Shown: positions 48,757 through 58,150 of the stretch, piece after piece
Position numbering within the stretch: the stretch's first letter is position 1
Layout: every line of letters begins with the position of its first letter
NCBI GenBank assembly: GCA_046290225.1
Contig: JBKAGE010000035.1
Span: 448,001-512,000 of the forward strand
Source: Bradymonadia bacterium
GTDB lineage: Bacteria; Myxococcota_A; Bradymonadia; UBA7976; UBA1532
Reading direction: 5' to 3'
DNA: 64,000 nucleotides
The notes under the pieces: generated by a model
What the model saw: the letters and a program-made list of their open reading frames with translations, nothing else
What the model was told of the DNA's origin: nothing
The model's database searches: none
Made by a program: the position numbers and the translations under genes

Positions 48757-50805
48757 GTGAAGACCCTGGGCCCCATCGCCCTGGGCGTGTTGATGTCGTG
48801 GCCCGGTGAGGTGTGTGCGCAGAGCCCAGTTGACCCGAACACGCCCGAAACGCCTTTGGAGATCGAGATCGACGACACGGGTGACGACGGGGCGATCGTC
48901 GTCATCGGCGGCGCGACCTCGGGCCCTGGCCGTGCGCCCGGTGGCGCCATCGATCGTCGCACTGTTCAAGAAGATGCCGGTGCTGATCTGTCAGAGGTGT
49001 TGCACGAGCAGCCAGGGCTGAGGGTGACCCGCCTTGGAGGTCTCGGTGCGTTCTCCACGCTGAGCATCCGAGGGTCGACTGCAGAGCAGGTGGCCATCTT
49101 TCTCGACGGTGTGCCTCTGAACCAGGCCTCTGGCGGGCCCGTCGATCTATCCACGTTGCCCACGGCCATCGTCGGCGAGGTGGTGATTCATCGCCACGTG
49201 GCCCCCATCGGTTATGGCGTCAGCGCTCTCGGTGGCGTCGTAGACGTGAAGAGCCGCGTACCCAAGGGCCGCGACGTGGAGATGGTCGTCGGTGGTGGCA
49301 GCTTCGGTACCCACTCAGCCCAGGCGTGGCTCGCCGAGGGCGAGAGAGGCCGCGCGTGGGGCATCGCCCTCGATCATCGCGGCACCCAGGGGGACTTCGA
49401 GTACGTCGACGACCAGGGCACGCTGCTCGGCGCCGAAGGCGACGACGTGCGGCGGACCAGGGATCACAACCGATCGGCGCTCACCTCGGCCTTGATCAAC
49501 GGGCGGCTGCAGTGGGGTGAGCTCAGCATCAAGGCGCTCACCCTCTTGCAGAGCCGATCGGTGGAGTTGCCCGGGCTGGGTTCGATCCCTGCAGAGGAGG
49601 CCCGGTTGAAGAGCTGGCGAGGGTTGGTGGGCGCTCAGGGGGCGCTGTGGCTCGATCCGATGCTGGTCACCGTCTCGCCGTATCTGACCGTGTCTCGAAC
49701 CCAGCTGAAAGATCCGCTCTCCGAGGTGGGGCTGTCACCGGATGACACCCGCGACGACACCTTCGCCACGGGAGCCACCGCCGATCTCACCGCCGACGTG
49801 GCGTGGGGATCGTGGCAGCTCAGCCCCCAGGTGGTCTTCGCTGGGCGCTATGAGTCCTTCGAACCCGAGAGTGCGAACCCTGCACTCGGCCGTGGCCAGT
49901 CCACCCACAGAGTGCGGGGCTCAGGGGCTGCAGGCGTCACCCTCACTGACGAAGTGTGGTCCTGGGTGGCCGAAGGGCGTTACACCCAACTGCGCAGCAG
50001 TACCGCTCAGGGTGAAAGCGTGAGCGATGGTCAGTGGACCGGTCGGATCGGGGTGCGCCGTGAGCTCGGCGACGCTGATCATGGTCTGAGACTCTCTGTC
50101 GACGGCACTCGGGCGGTGCGGTTTCCCGATCTCTTCGAATTGTTCGGCAACACGGGCACTGTGCTCGGCAACCCCGAGTTGAAGCCCGAGCGCGGGTGGC
50201 AGGGCGATTTGGGGGCAGTGTATGCCCTCAGCAACAGCGCTCGGGATGCCTCGCTGCGCCTCGAAGCCCACGGGTTCGTCGGGCGGGTGGACGATCTCGT
50301 GCAGTTCGAGCGTAACAGCCAGGGCGTGCTCGTGGCCCGCAATGTCGACACTGCCAGCCTCGAGGGCGCCGAGATCGGACTGTGGACCCGATGGGGCCGT
50401 CATCGGGGCATCACCGTCCGTGGGGCCTTCACGTGGCTCGACGCGCGGAGCGAGAGCGTGCAGGTGGCCCGAGACGGCAAGCGCCTCCCCCTGCGGCCCG
50501 GGCGGCAAGTCTATGGTCGGTTGGGCTGGTTCGACGAGGGCGACGCTTTTTGGGCATGGGGGCTCTCTGCAGAGATCGAGCATGTCGGCGACAACGCCCT
50601 CGACTTCGCCAACCTGATCGCCGTGCCCGACCGCACGCTGTACGGTGCCGGCGCGTGGGTGACCGCCTTTCGAGGGCAGCTGCGGGGTGATCTCACCGTG
50701 CGCAACCTCACCGACACCCAGGTGGTCGATCTGGCGGGATACCCCTTGCCTGGGGTGAGCGTCATGGCTCAAATCACAGCCCGACCTCTGTTGGAGGCCC
50801 CATGA
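48757..50805 (+). CDS. TonB-dependent receptor, BtuB-like
   Basis: Plug LSIRGS..QVAIFLDGVPL, GNPELKPE, VRNLTD, GYPLPG; downstream of the riboswitch. Confidence 0.92.
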   Translation: MKTLGPIALGVLMSWPGEVCAQSPVDPNTPETPLEIEIDDTGDDGAIVVIGGATSGPGRAPGGAIDRRTVQEDAGADLSEVLHEQPGLRVTRLGGLGAFSTLSIRGSTAEQVAIFLDGVPLNQASGGPVDLSTLPTAIVGEVVIHRHVAPIGYGVSALGGVVDVKSRVPKGRDVEMVVGGGSFGTHSAQAWLAEGERGRAWGIALDHRGTQGDFEYVDDQGTLLGAEGDDVRRTRDHNRSALTSALINGRLQWGELSIKALTLLQSRSVELPGLGSIPAEEARLKSWRGLVGAQGALWLDPMLVTVSPYLTVSRTQLKDPLSEVGLSPDDTRDDTFATGATADLTADVAWGSWQLSPQVVFAGRYESFEPESANPALGRGQSTHRVRGSGAAGVTLTDEVWSWVAEGRYTQLRSSTAQGESVSDGQWTGRIGVRRELGDADHGLRLSVDGTRAVRFPDLFELFGNTGTVLGNPELKPERGWQGDLGAVYALSNSARDASLRLEAHGFVGRVDDLVQFERNSQGVLVARNVDTASLEGAEIGLWTRWGRHRGITVRGAFTWLDARSESVQVARDGKRLPLRPGRQVYGRLGWFDEGDAFWAWGLSAEIEHVGDNALDFANLIAVPDRTLYGAGAWVTAFRGQLRGDLTVRNLTDTQVVDLAGYPLPGVSVMAQITARPLLEAP

Positions 50806-52034
50806 GATATGCAGGTGTGCTGTGGCTGTGGGCAATGCTCGGGGCCTGTGATGATGCCCCCGTGGCCCAGGCTGATCTCACCCCTGACGAAGACGCCCAG
50901 TGCCAGCTGGCGACGGTGCTCTCCGACTACACCTCCACCCGGATCTCATTGCTCGATGCCGCCGGAGAGCTCTGTCGAGCAGGGGTGCTTCACTCTGGCA
51001 GCGCTCCTCTGGGGTTGTCGACGGCCCTCTCGGGTGACGTGGTCCTCGGTGGTCCGCACCCTGAGGATCACATCACCCTCGTTGACCGGTTCCCCAATGG
51101 GGTGATCACATGGCTCGATCCGGTGGACTTCTCGGTGCTGGGTCAGCTCAATGTCAACACAGGTTTCGCCGCGAACCCGCAAGATGTGGCCCATGTGAGC
51201 GCCTCTCGGGCGTATGTCAGCCGTTTGGAGACCAACCCCAGGCCCGGTGACATCCCCTTCGATGGCGGTGGCGATTTGTTGGTGGTGGATCTCTCCACCT
51301 CCACCATCGTCGATCGCGTCGATCTCACCCCGTGGGGCATCGATGATGACCAGGGTCCGCTGTGGCCTCGCCCGGGCGCCATGGTCCAGGCCCATGATCG
51401 GGTGTGGGTCACGCTGCAGCGTTTGTCCGAAGAGTTCGATCGAGGCGGATCGTCGATGTTGCTCGGGGTGAGCCCCACCACGGGGGAGGTCACGGACGAG
51501 GTCGATCTCGCACCTTTGAAGAATTGCACCGCCCTGACACGATCGCCTTCTGGTCGAGGCCTCTGGCTCGGCTGCACCGGGGTGTTCCTCGAAGGCCCCG
51601 AGGCTCAGCTGGCCCACAGCGGGGTGGCATACATCGATCTCGAAGATGGCCTCGCGCTCTGGCAAGCCTCGGCGGCACAGTTGGGAGGCCGTCACGTGGG
51701 CTTGTCCATCGCCGCCCTTGATGACAGTCGTGCCTACGTGACCGTGATCAGCCCTCTGGACGTGCAGCAACAGCCTGATGGGGTGTACCTCGTCGACCGG
51801 GCCGCGACGACGGGCCGCTTGATGCCCCTCGACGCCCCGCCCTATGCCCTCGGCGGGATGTGGCTCGACCCCGGCGCCATGCAGCTGTTGATCCCTGATG
51901 GAGATCCTGAGCGGCCGCGTATCTGGCGCTTCGACATCGAAGCCTCTGGCGATCTCACCGCCCTCGATGCTGTGGATCCTGATCCTGAGGTGGGGCTGCC
52001 ACCACGAGCCGTGGGATCCTATCGGTCAAGGTGA
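50802..52034 (+). CDS. Beta-propeller-like lipoprotein in the B12 operon
   Basis: Lipobox LGAC; NPQDVA...RAYVSR blade-like repeats; 4-bp overlap with the receptor gene. Confidence 0.75.
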   Translation: MRYAGVLWLWAMLGACDDAPVAQADLTPDEDAQCQLATVLSDYTSTRISLLDAAGELCRAGVLHSGSAPLGLSTALSGDVVLGGPHPEDHITLVDRFPNGVITWLDPVDFSVLGQLNVNTGFAANPQDVAHVSASRAYVSRLETNPRPGDIPFDGGGDLLVVDLSTSTIVDRVDLTPWGIDDDQGPLWPRPGAMVQAHDRVWVTLQRLSEEFDRGGSSMLLGVSPTTGEVTDEVDLAPLKNCTALTRSPSGRGLWLGCTGVFLEGPEAQLAHSGVAYIDLEDGLALWQASAAQLGGRHVGLSIAALDDSRAYVTVISPLDVQQQPDGVYLVDRAATTGRLMPLDAPPYALGGMWLDPGAMQLLIPDGDPERPRIWRFDIEASGDLTALDAVDPDPEVGLPPRAVGSYRSR

Positions 52035-52192
52035 AGACGCAATGTCTCTCCCGATCCGTGCACTGAACGTCATACTGAACAACTCCTGAACGTTCCCCCT
52101 CGTTATTCGAGATATCTTCAATCTTTTGAAACAGGGAATCTCTTTCTAAAACAGGTGGTTGTCGTTTTCGCAGTGCAAAATTGGCCGCTGGG

Positions 52193-52221
52193 TTGTTCAC
52201 TGAACTCAAGTTCAGTATCGT
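52193..52221 (+). promoter_or_regulatory. Putative promoter with palindromic operator (LexA-box-like) in its spacer
   Basis: TTGTTC-17bp-TATCGT; ACTGAAC-TCAA-GTTCAGT at 52199-52216. Confidence 0.6.
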
Positions 52222-52279
52222 GGTGTCCGTAGGTCAAACCACACGTTCAAAAACCCATGTTGTCGTGCAGGAGTGAGAC

Positions 52280-54073
52280 ATGACGATCAACCTCCCGAGC
52301 CCTCTCGTGGATGCCGTCTCGCGAGGTCAGTCAGTGCTCTTCGTGGGGGCGGGTTTTTCCCATGGAGTCACCGGCCTCAATTGGAATCAATTGCTCGAAC
52401 GTTTACGGGACAGGCTCCCTGACGGTCGGGGCTGGGCAGGCCTCGACGCCCTCGACAAGGCTCAGCTCTTCGTGCAGGCCCATGGCCGGCGCAGCCTCGA
52501 GCGTACCCTGGCGGGCATGCTCCCGGGGCCCACAGCGCTGAGGGGGTGCGTCACCGACGTGCACCGAGCCCTCATCAACATGCCGTTTCCGGTCATCGTG
52601 ACCACCAATTACGACGGCCTCGTCGAGGCCACCCTCACCGATCTCGACATCCCCTTTCGGGTCATCGTCGACAATGACGAGGTGGCCGAGGCGGCTTCGC
52701 TGCAAGACGATGTGCGCCTGGTGGTGAAGATGCACGGTGATCTGTTGCTCGGCGACACCATCGTGCTCACCCGAGACGACTACCTGAACTACGAGGTGAC
52801 CCGCCCAGCCATGGTCACGCTGCTCAACAGCCTTCTGTTGAGCAGGCCCTTTGTGTTCTACGGTTTCGGGCTGAGCGATCCCAACTTCCACCTGATCTAC
52901 CACGCGGTGATCCAGCGAAACGCTCGGGGTGGCCGGGCCTTTGCCCTCATGAAAGAGCCCAACGATCTCATGGCCCGCTATTGGGCCGGCCGTGGTGTGA
53001 CGCTGGTCTCGGGGCCTACCTACACCGCCCTCGAAGAGATGATCCGCACGCTGCACGACGAGGTGCGGCGGCTGCAGTCCGCAGAGTGGGATCTCCCCAC
53101 GGTGCTCCGGGCCCACTTCGGCGACGACAGCGACGAGGTGGTGCAGATGCTCGACGCGGTCCAGCGCCGTTTCAGCGAGCGCATTCGGCGCTTTGCCCCG
53201 CTGCTCAACCCTGATCCCAACACGGGGCGCCGGCCCCCGATGCCCGACGCCGCTCGAGAAGAGATCCTCGGGGCGTTTCGGGCGCTGAAGGCGCTGGTGA
53301 AGGCGGGCTGCCCGGTCTCACCGGCCACCTTGCATCATGCCGGTGATTTGCTGGCGCGTCTGGCCTTATACGAGCCTGCCCGAGAGGCTCTGGAGCTGGC
53401 CATGGCCCTCACGCGCCGTACAGGGCTCAAGGCCACCATTGCCCTGCGCAGCAGCCTGGGCCGGGTGCTCAGCCGCCTCGGGGCCTATGATCGGGCCCAG
53501 GTGTATTTGGAGCGGGCCCTTGAGGAGGGTGATCCCGATCGACCCTGGGATCGTCTCGCCGAGTTGTCGTGGCTGTGTCGCTGTGTGCAGGCCCGCATCG
53601 ACTATCTGCACCGTAGCCATCGGCCTGCTGCGGCAGCAGAGGTGCTCATGGCCTTCATCGATCGACACTCCGGCTGGCTGCCTTTGCTCGAGGGTGCCCC
53701 TCCAGAGGGCGACGAAGCGCACCACTGGGCAGCGTATTACGCCAACCATCGTATGGGCTGTTTGAGGGCCCTCGCTGCAGAAACGCTCTCGGTGCATCCC
53801 GAGGTCCATGCCCGGCTGGCCATCGAGTTCCTGGTCCGGGCCATCGCCATGGCGCCTCACAAGCGGGCGTCGTACGAGCGGGTGCGGCCGCTGCTGCTCG
53901 AGTCACGGCATCTGCCGCCCGATCGTCATCGGTGGACCCAGCTGATCGACGGCGCGCCCCCAGAGGTGCGCCTCGAGCTGAAGGCCTCAACCCCGAGCGT
54001 ACAGCTGAGATCGGGTCTGGGACTCGGCTTCGGTCACGATGCTGGGGCCCAGCCTCATCCGCAGCGGTCCTGA
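52280..54073 (+). CDS. SIR2-like (SIR2_2) domain protein with TPR-like C-terminus; candidate NADase
   Basis: VLFVGAGFS, IVTTNYD, VVKMHGD, FYGFGLSDPN; TPR-like SLGRVLSRLGAYDRAQVYLERAL; RBS AGGAG. Confidence 0.88.
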   Translation: MTINLPSPLVDAVSRGQSVLFVGAGFSHGVTGLNWNQLLERLRDRLPDGRGWAGLDALDKAQLFVQAHGRRSLERTLAGMLPGPTALRGCVTDVHRALINMPFPVIVTTNYDGLVEATLTDLDIPFRVIVDNDEVAEAASLQDDVRLVVKMHGDLLLGDTIVLTRDDYLNYEVTRPAMVTLLNSLLLSRPFVFYGFGLSDPNFHLIYHAVIQRNARGGRAFALMKEPNDLMARYWAGRGVTLVSGPTYTALEEMIRTLHDEVRRLQSAEWDLPTVLRAHFGDDSDEVVQMLDAVQRRFSERIRRFAPLLNPDPNTGRRPPMPDAAREEILGAFRALKALVKAGCPVSPATLHHAGDLLARLALYEPAREALELAMALTRRTGLKATIALRSSLGRVLSRLGAYDRAQVYLERALEEGDPDRPWDRLAELSWLCRCVQARIDYLHRSHRPAAAAEVLMAFIDRHSGWLPLLEGAPPEGDEAHHWAAYYANHRMGCLRALAAETLSVHPEVHARLAIEFLVRAIAMAPHKRASYERVRPLLLESRHLPPDRHRWTQLIDGAPPEVRLELKASTPSVQLRSGLGLGFGHDAGAQPHPQRS

Positions 54074-54817
54074 GAGCGGGGTGCGGGTCTCGATGATGTG
54101 CACCTGAGCGCCCCGGGCCTGGGCGATCTCGCACTGCAGCCGCCAGGCGTCGTTGCGGACCAGATCGAGGGCGTGATCCATCATGGCCCACGGGGCGCGG
54201 GGCACAGGGCCCGCGAGGCCCGGTGAGGGGATGAAGTGCACCAGCAGGGCCTCGGGCTCGAAGGCGTCGAGCATGGCCCGCACCGGCACTTTGTCCATCA
54301 ACCCACCATCAACGTGAGCGTGGCCGTCACGGGTCACGGGCTCGAAGAGCAACGGCAGGGCACAGCTGGCGTGCACTGCAGGCACGATAGGGCCCGTGAG
54401 ATCGATGTGGCGGCGCTTGAGATCGAGGTTGGTGCTCACCGTGAGCAGTGGGATCGGACAGTCCTCGAACCGCTTGATGGGCAGCTGTGCGTCGAGCAGC
54501 TCGGCGAATTTGCGTCCCTTGAGCAGCCCCGGGGGCCGGCGCATGCGGCGCCGTACGGGCCAGGGCACCGCTGGGTCCCAGAAGTCTTTCCGTCGGGTAG
54601 CGAGCAAGGGGCCGGCCCATTCTTCGGGCTGCATGCCTGTGGCCGCCATCGCCGCCACCATGGCCCCCGAAGACGCACCCCCCACAGCGATGGGGCGAAT
54701 GCCCGCTCGGTAGAGGGCCTTCATGAAGCCGGTGTGGGCGTAGAAGCCGAAATAGGCGCTGGAGAGCACCACCGCCACTCGGCGATCAGCGAGGGCGTCG
54801 ATGATGGGCGTCTTCAC
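53987..54817 (-). CDS. Patatin-like phospholipase
   Basis: LSSAYFG, GASSG nucleophile elbow, ASCALP, VDGG. Confidence 0.9.
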   Translation of the reverse strand: MKTPIIDALADRRVAVVLSSAYFGFYAHTGFMKALYRAGIRPIAVGGASSGAMVAAMAATGMQPEEWAGPLLATRRKDFWDPAVPWPVRRRMRRPPGLLKGRKFAELLDAQLPIKRFEDCPIPLLTVSTNLDLKRRHIDLTGPIVPAVHASCALPLLFEPVTRDGHAHVDGGLMDKVPVRAMLDAFEPEALLVHFIPSPGLAGPVPRAPWAMMDHALDLVRNDAWRLQCEIAQARGAQVHIIETRTPLSGPLRMRLGPSIVTEAESQTRSQLYARG

Positions 54818-54833
54818 GTCGAGGGCCTCAAGA

Positions 54834-56015
54834 TCATTGAGCGGGGGCTGAAGGTGCAGCTTTGCCTTTGGCGGCTTCGGCGAAGATGATCTCGAGCTCT
54901 TCGGGGGTCTTGCCGCCGACGAAGACCTTGCCATTCACCAGGAAGGTGGGGGTGCCCCGAACGCCGATTTTGTCACCGGCGGCGATGTCGGCCTTGATCT
55001 GCTCCACAGTGGCAGGATCGGCCATGCACTGCGTGATGGCCTCGGGGTCGAGCCCGATGGCCGCCACCTGAGCCTGCAACTTCTCAGGGGTGAGCCCCTT
55101 GGCGTTTTTGAAGAGCCAGTCGTGCAAGGGCCAGAACTGACCGGACTTCTGAGCACAGACTGCGGCCTTGGCGGCTTCGCAGGCGTGCTGGTGGAACTCC
55201 CGCTCGATGTTGGGGTTGCAGGCGTTGTCCATGGGGTAGTGCCTGAAGTAGATGCGCACGTTCTTGTAGTTGGCCTGGGCCTGCTTCAAGGCGTCGGTGA
55301 GGCGACCGCAGTAAGGGCACTCGAAGTCGCTGAACTCCACCACCACGACCTTGGCATCCTCGGGGCCCTTGCCCGGGGCGCCCTCGGTGGGCATCTCGAA
55401 CGACTTGTCGGGCTGAGCGGGCTGGGTCTGAAAGGCGGTCTTCGCCGCCTGAGCGGCGCCGGCGTACCAGGCCTGACCGCCGATGACGCCAGTGACCATC
55501 AAGCCTGCGGCGGCGAGAGTGGCCTTCGAGGTAAAGATCGTAGGGAACAGCCCCTTGAAGGCACCCCCAAAACCGTCGACATGGCTCGCCGCGGCGGCGA
55601 TGAGCATGCCGAGGTTCACCCCATAGAGACCCATGCACAGCGGGCACAGCTTCTCGAGCTGGGTGACGCTCACGTAGGCGAGAAAGATCGAGTAGCCCAC
55701 CGAGGCCAGCCCGCCGCCGACGAGCACGTTCTGCCAATGACGGCGGCCTTCTTCGTTGTCGTTGAAGCGGGCCAGAGCTGCGGCCACCATCATCACGACA
55801 TAGAAGACCCCGCCGATGCCGGCGATGGGGAACCCGAAGAGCGAGCTGTAGTCGCTTCGGGCTGCAGCTTCGCAGGAGAAGCCCTCAAGGGCCTGACAGA
55901 GGCCCGTGTCACCGACGCCGCCATAATTGGCCCCGATGTGAGCGCTCACCAACTCGATCGAAAGGTAGACCCCCGCCAGGCACAGGGCGGTCAGGGCAAA
56001 GAAAGCCAGTCTCAC
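54834..56015 (-). CDS. VKOR-DsbA (thioredoxin-fold) fusion
   Basis: Membrane domain with C..C pair and CPLC; EFSDFECPYC and GTPTF. Confidence 0.92.
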   Translation of the reverse strand: MRLAFFALTALCLAGVYLSIELVSAHIGANYGGVGDTGLCQALEGFSCEAAARSDYSSLFGFPIAGIGGVFYVVMMVAAALARFNDNEEGRRHWQNVLVGGGLASVGYSIFLAYVSVTQLEKLCPLCMGLYGVNLGMLIAAAASHVDGFGGAFKGLFPTIFTSKATLAAAGLMVTGVIGGQAWYAGAAQAAKTAFQTQPAQPDKSFEMPTEGAPGKGPEDAKVVVVEFSDFECPYCGRLTDALKQAQANYKNVRIYFRHYPMDNACNPNIEREFHQHACEAAKAAVCAQKSGQFWPLHDWLFKNAKGLTPEKLQAQVAAIGLDPEAITQCMADPATVEQIKADIAAGDKIGVRGTPTFLVNGKVFVGGKTPEELEIIFAEAAKGKAAPSAPAQ

Positions 56016-56129
56016 GACACGTTCCTCAGAGGGGTGGTTCGAAGAAGGGATGTCACACTGAATGGGAAGAGGATGCAAGGCGGTGGGTGGTCGATGCATC
56101 ACATCTGACCACCCGTAGGGGCACGCAGC

Positions 56130-58019
56130 TTACTCAGCGGCCTCGCAGAGGCCCGTCATGAGATCGCAGGTGCCACCTTCACCACAGTCGGCGTCATCGT
56201 CACAGGCGGGCAGGCAGACCTCCACCTCGGGCAGGCAGACGTAGCCCTCGCGGCACTCGTTGCTCGCGGCGCAGAGGTCGAGGCAGAGCGCGTTGCCGTC
56301 AGCGTCGACGGTGAAGCACTCCGAGCCGTCGGGGCAGCCCGTGAAGGCGTCGCACGCCGCGGTGCAGTAGCCGCCGGTGAAGTCGGTCACCGTGCCGTCT
56401 TCCAGGGTCTCTTGCAGACACGCATCCAGAGCACCGCCGGCGCCACAGTCAGCGTCAGCCTCGCAAGCGCCGCCGATCTCACCCGCTGCCGGGGGCTCGG
56501 GGTTCGGCTCGGGATCAGGGTCCGGGTCGGGATCGGGGTCCGGGGAGGGGGGCAGGCAGACGCTCAGGTCGCCAGCAGCCTCACAGGCATAGCCTTCGCG
56601 GCAGACATCCTGCTCGTCGCAGAGATCGAGACAGGCCGTGGCCCCATCCTGGGTGACCTGGAAGCACTCCGAGCCTGCGGGGCAGGGGTTGGCGTCAGAG
56701 CAGGCCACCTGCAAGCAGTAGCCGCCGACGAAGTCGGTCATCTCGCCCTGCTCGTCGATCTCAGGGATGCACACGTCGAACTCACCGGCGCCACAGTCGG
56801 CATCCACCGCACACGGGCCACCGACGACGCCGGGCTCGGGATCCGGGTCGGGGTCAGGATCGGGGTCCGGATCAGGGCCGGGATCTTCAGCAGGCAGACA
56901 GGCGTTGGCCTCGGCCACGCACTCGTAGCCGTCGCGACAGGCGTCCTGCGCATCGCAGAGGTCGAGACAGGCCGTGCCGCCGTCCTGGGTCACCACGAAG
57001 CACTCTGCCCCAGCAGGGCAGGGGTTTGCGTCGCTGCAGTTGAAGATGACGCAGTAACCGCCCACGAAGCCCGAGGGGCCATCAGGGCCTTCCTCGGGGA
57101 TGCAGGTGCCACCGGCGCCGCACGCGGCGTCGTCCATGCAGGAAGCGCCCACCACACCGGGGTTGGGATCAGGATCTGGATCGGGGCCCGGGTCTTGAGC
57201 AGGGGCACAGATGGAGAGGCCACCGAGATCGCTGCAGTCGTAGCCAGCGCGGCAAGGATCGCCACCGTCGCAGATGTCGAAGCAGGCGGTGTTGCCTGCT
57301 TCGTCGATCTGAATGCACTCGCTCCCAGCAGGGCAGGGATCAGCGCCGGCGCAGTTGAGCCGGGAGCAGTAACCACCTTCAAAGCCCGTGGGGCCTTCGG
57401 GGCTCTCTGCGGGGATACAGATGTCGTTGGGGCCGCCGAGACACTGCGCATCGTCAGCGCAGGCATCACCAATGGCGGGTCCACCCATGCCACCACCGGC
57501 ACCGGCCATACCGCCACCAGCGCCAGCCATACCGCCGCCAGCGCCGGCCATGCCACCGCCAGCGCCGGCCATACCGCCGCCCGCACCGGCCATACCGCCA
57601 CCGGCGCCGGCCATGCCACCACCGGCACCACCAATGGCACCACCGGCACCGGCCATGCCACCAGCGCCACCCATACCAGCCTCACCGCCAGCGCCACCGA
57701 TGGCACCACCAGCGCCAGCCATGCCACCGCCGTTGCCGCCCGTCACCAGGCCGCTGTCGGGCAGCTGCCGAGGCCGGCGGCCGTCACCACAGCTGTCGGA
57801 CTCCTGGGACAACTGGCCATTGGTGCACAAGCCATCGACACACACACCGTCGAGTGACTGATCACCGTTCTCGAGGGTACAACAGAGGCCTTCGACCTCG
57901 TTGGCGCGGCCCTGGTTGAGCACGCATACATCAGCGCTCTCGCTCTCGGACTCACACCCGGTGAGGGTGGCTGCCGCGAGCAATAGCCCCGCTGTGAGCA
58001 TTTTGTAGATGGGTCTCAT
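56130..58019 (-). CDS. Cys-rich lipoprotein with GGMAGAG repeats and four modules joined by (DP)n linkers
   Basis: Lipobox LTGC; four G..C..DA.C...F.GGYC modules; RBS GGGGAG. Confidence 0.85.
   Translation of the reverse strand: MRPIYKMLTAGLLLAAATLTGCESESESADVCVLNQGRANEVEGLCCTLENGDQSLDGVCVDGLCTNGQLSQESDSCGDGRRPRQLPDSGLVTGGNGGGMAGAGGAIGGAGGEAGMGGAGGMAGAGGAIGGAGGGMAGAGGGMAGAGGGMAGAGGGMAGAGGGMAGAGGGMAGAGGGMGGPAIGDACADDAQCLGGPNDICIPAESPEGPTGFEGGYCSRLNCAGADPCPAGSECIQIDEAGNTACFDICDGGDPCRAGYDCSDLGGLSICAPAQDPGPDPDPDPNPGVVGASCMDDAACGAGGTCIPEEGPDGPSGFVGGYCVIFNCSDANPCPAGAECFVVTQDGGTACLDLCDAQDACRDGYECVAEANACLPAEDPGPDPDPDPDPDPDPEPGVVGGPCAVDADCGAGEFDVCIPEIDEQGEMTDFVGGYCLQVACSDANPCPAGSECFQVTQDGATACLDLCDEQDVCREGYACEAAGDLSVCLPPSPDPDPDPDPDPEPNPEPPAAGEIGGACEADADCGAGGALDACLQETLEDGTVTDFTGGYCTAACDAFTGCPDGSECFTVDADGNALCLDLCAASNECREGYVCLPEVEVCLPACDDDADCGEGGTCDLMTGLCEAAE
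57484..57730 (-). repeat. Coding 21-bp imperfect tandem repeat (GGMAGAG)n
   Basis: Repeated GCCGGCCATACCGCC-like units. Confidence 0.8.
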
Positions 58020-58150
58020 ATTGACTCCCCTGGCGGTGTCATAAGAGCTGCTGTCTAGACGAAACCCACATAGAAATACAAGGGCAGGTTGTTTCCATGC
58101 CTGACTCAAAAGCGATTGACAGAGGCCAGGAGGCCCTTCACCGTTGCGCC

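Noticed and set aside
52280..54817. SIR2 plus patatin as a two-gene CBASS/Thoeris-like system
   Set aside because: The genes are convergent, the patatin follows VKOR-DsbA on its own strand, and there is no cyclase or TIR gene.
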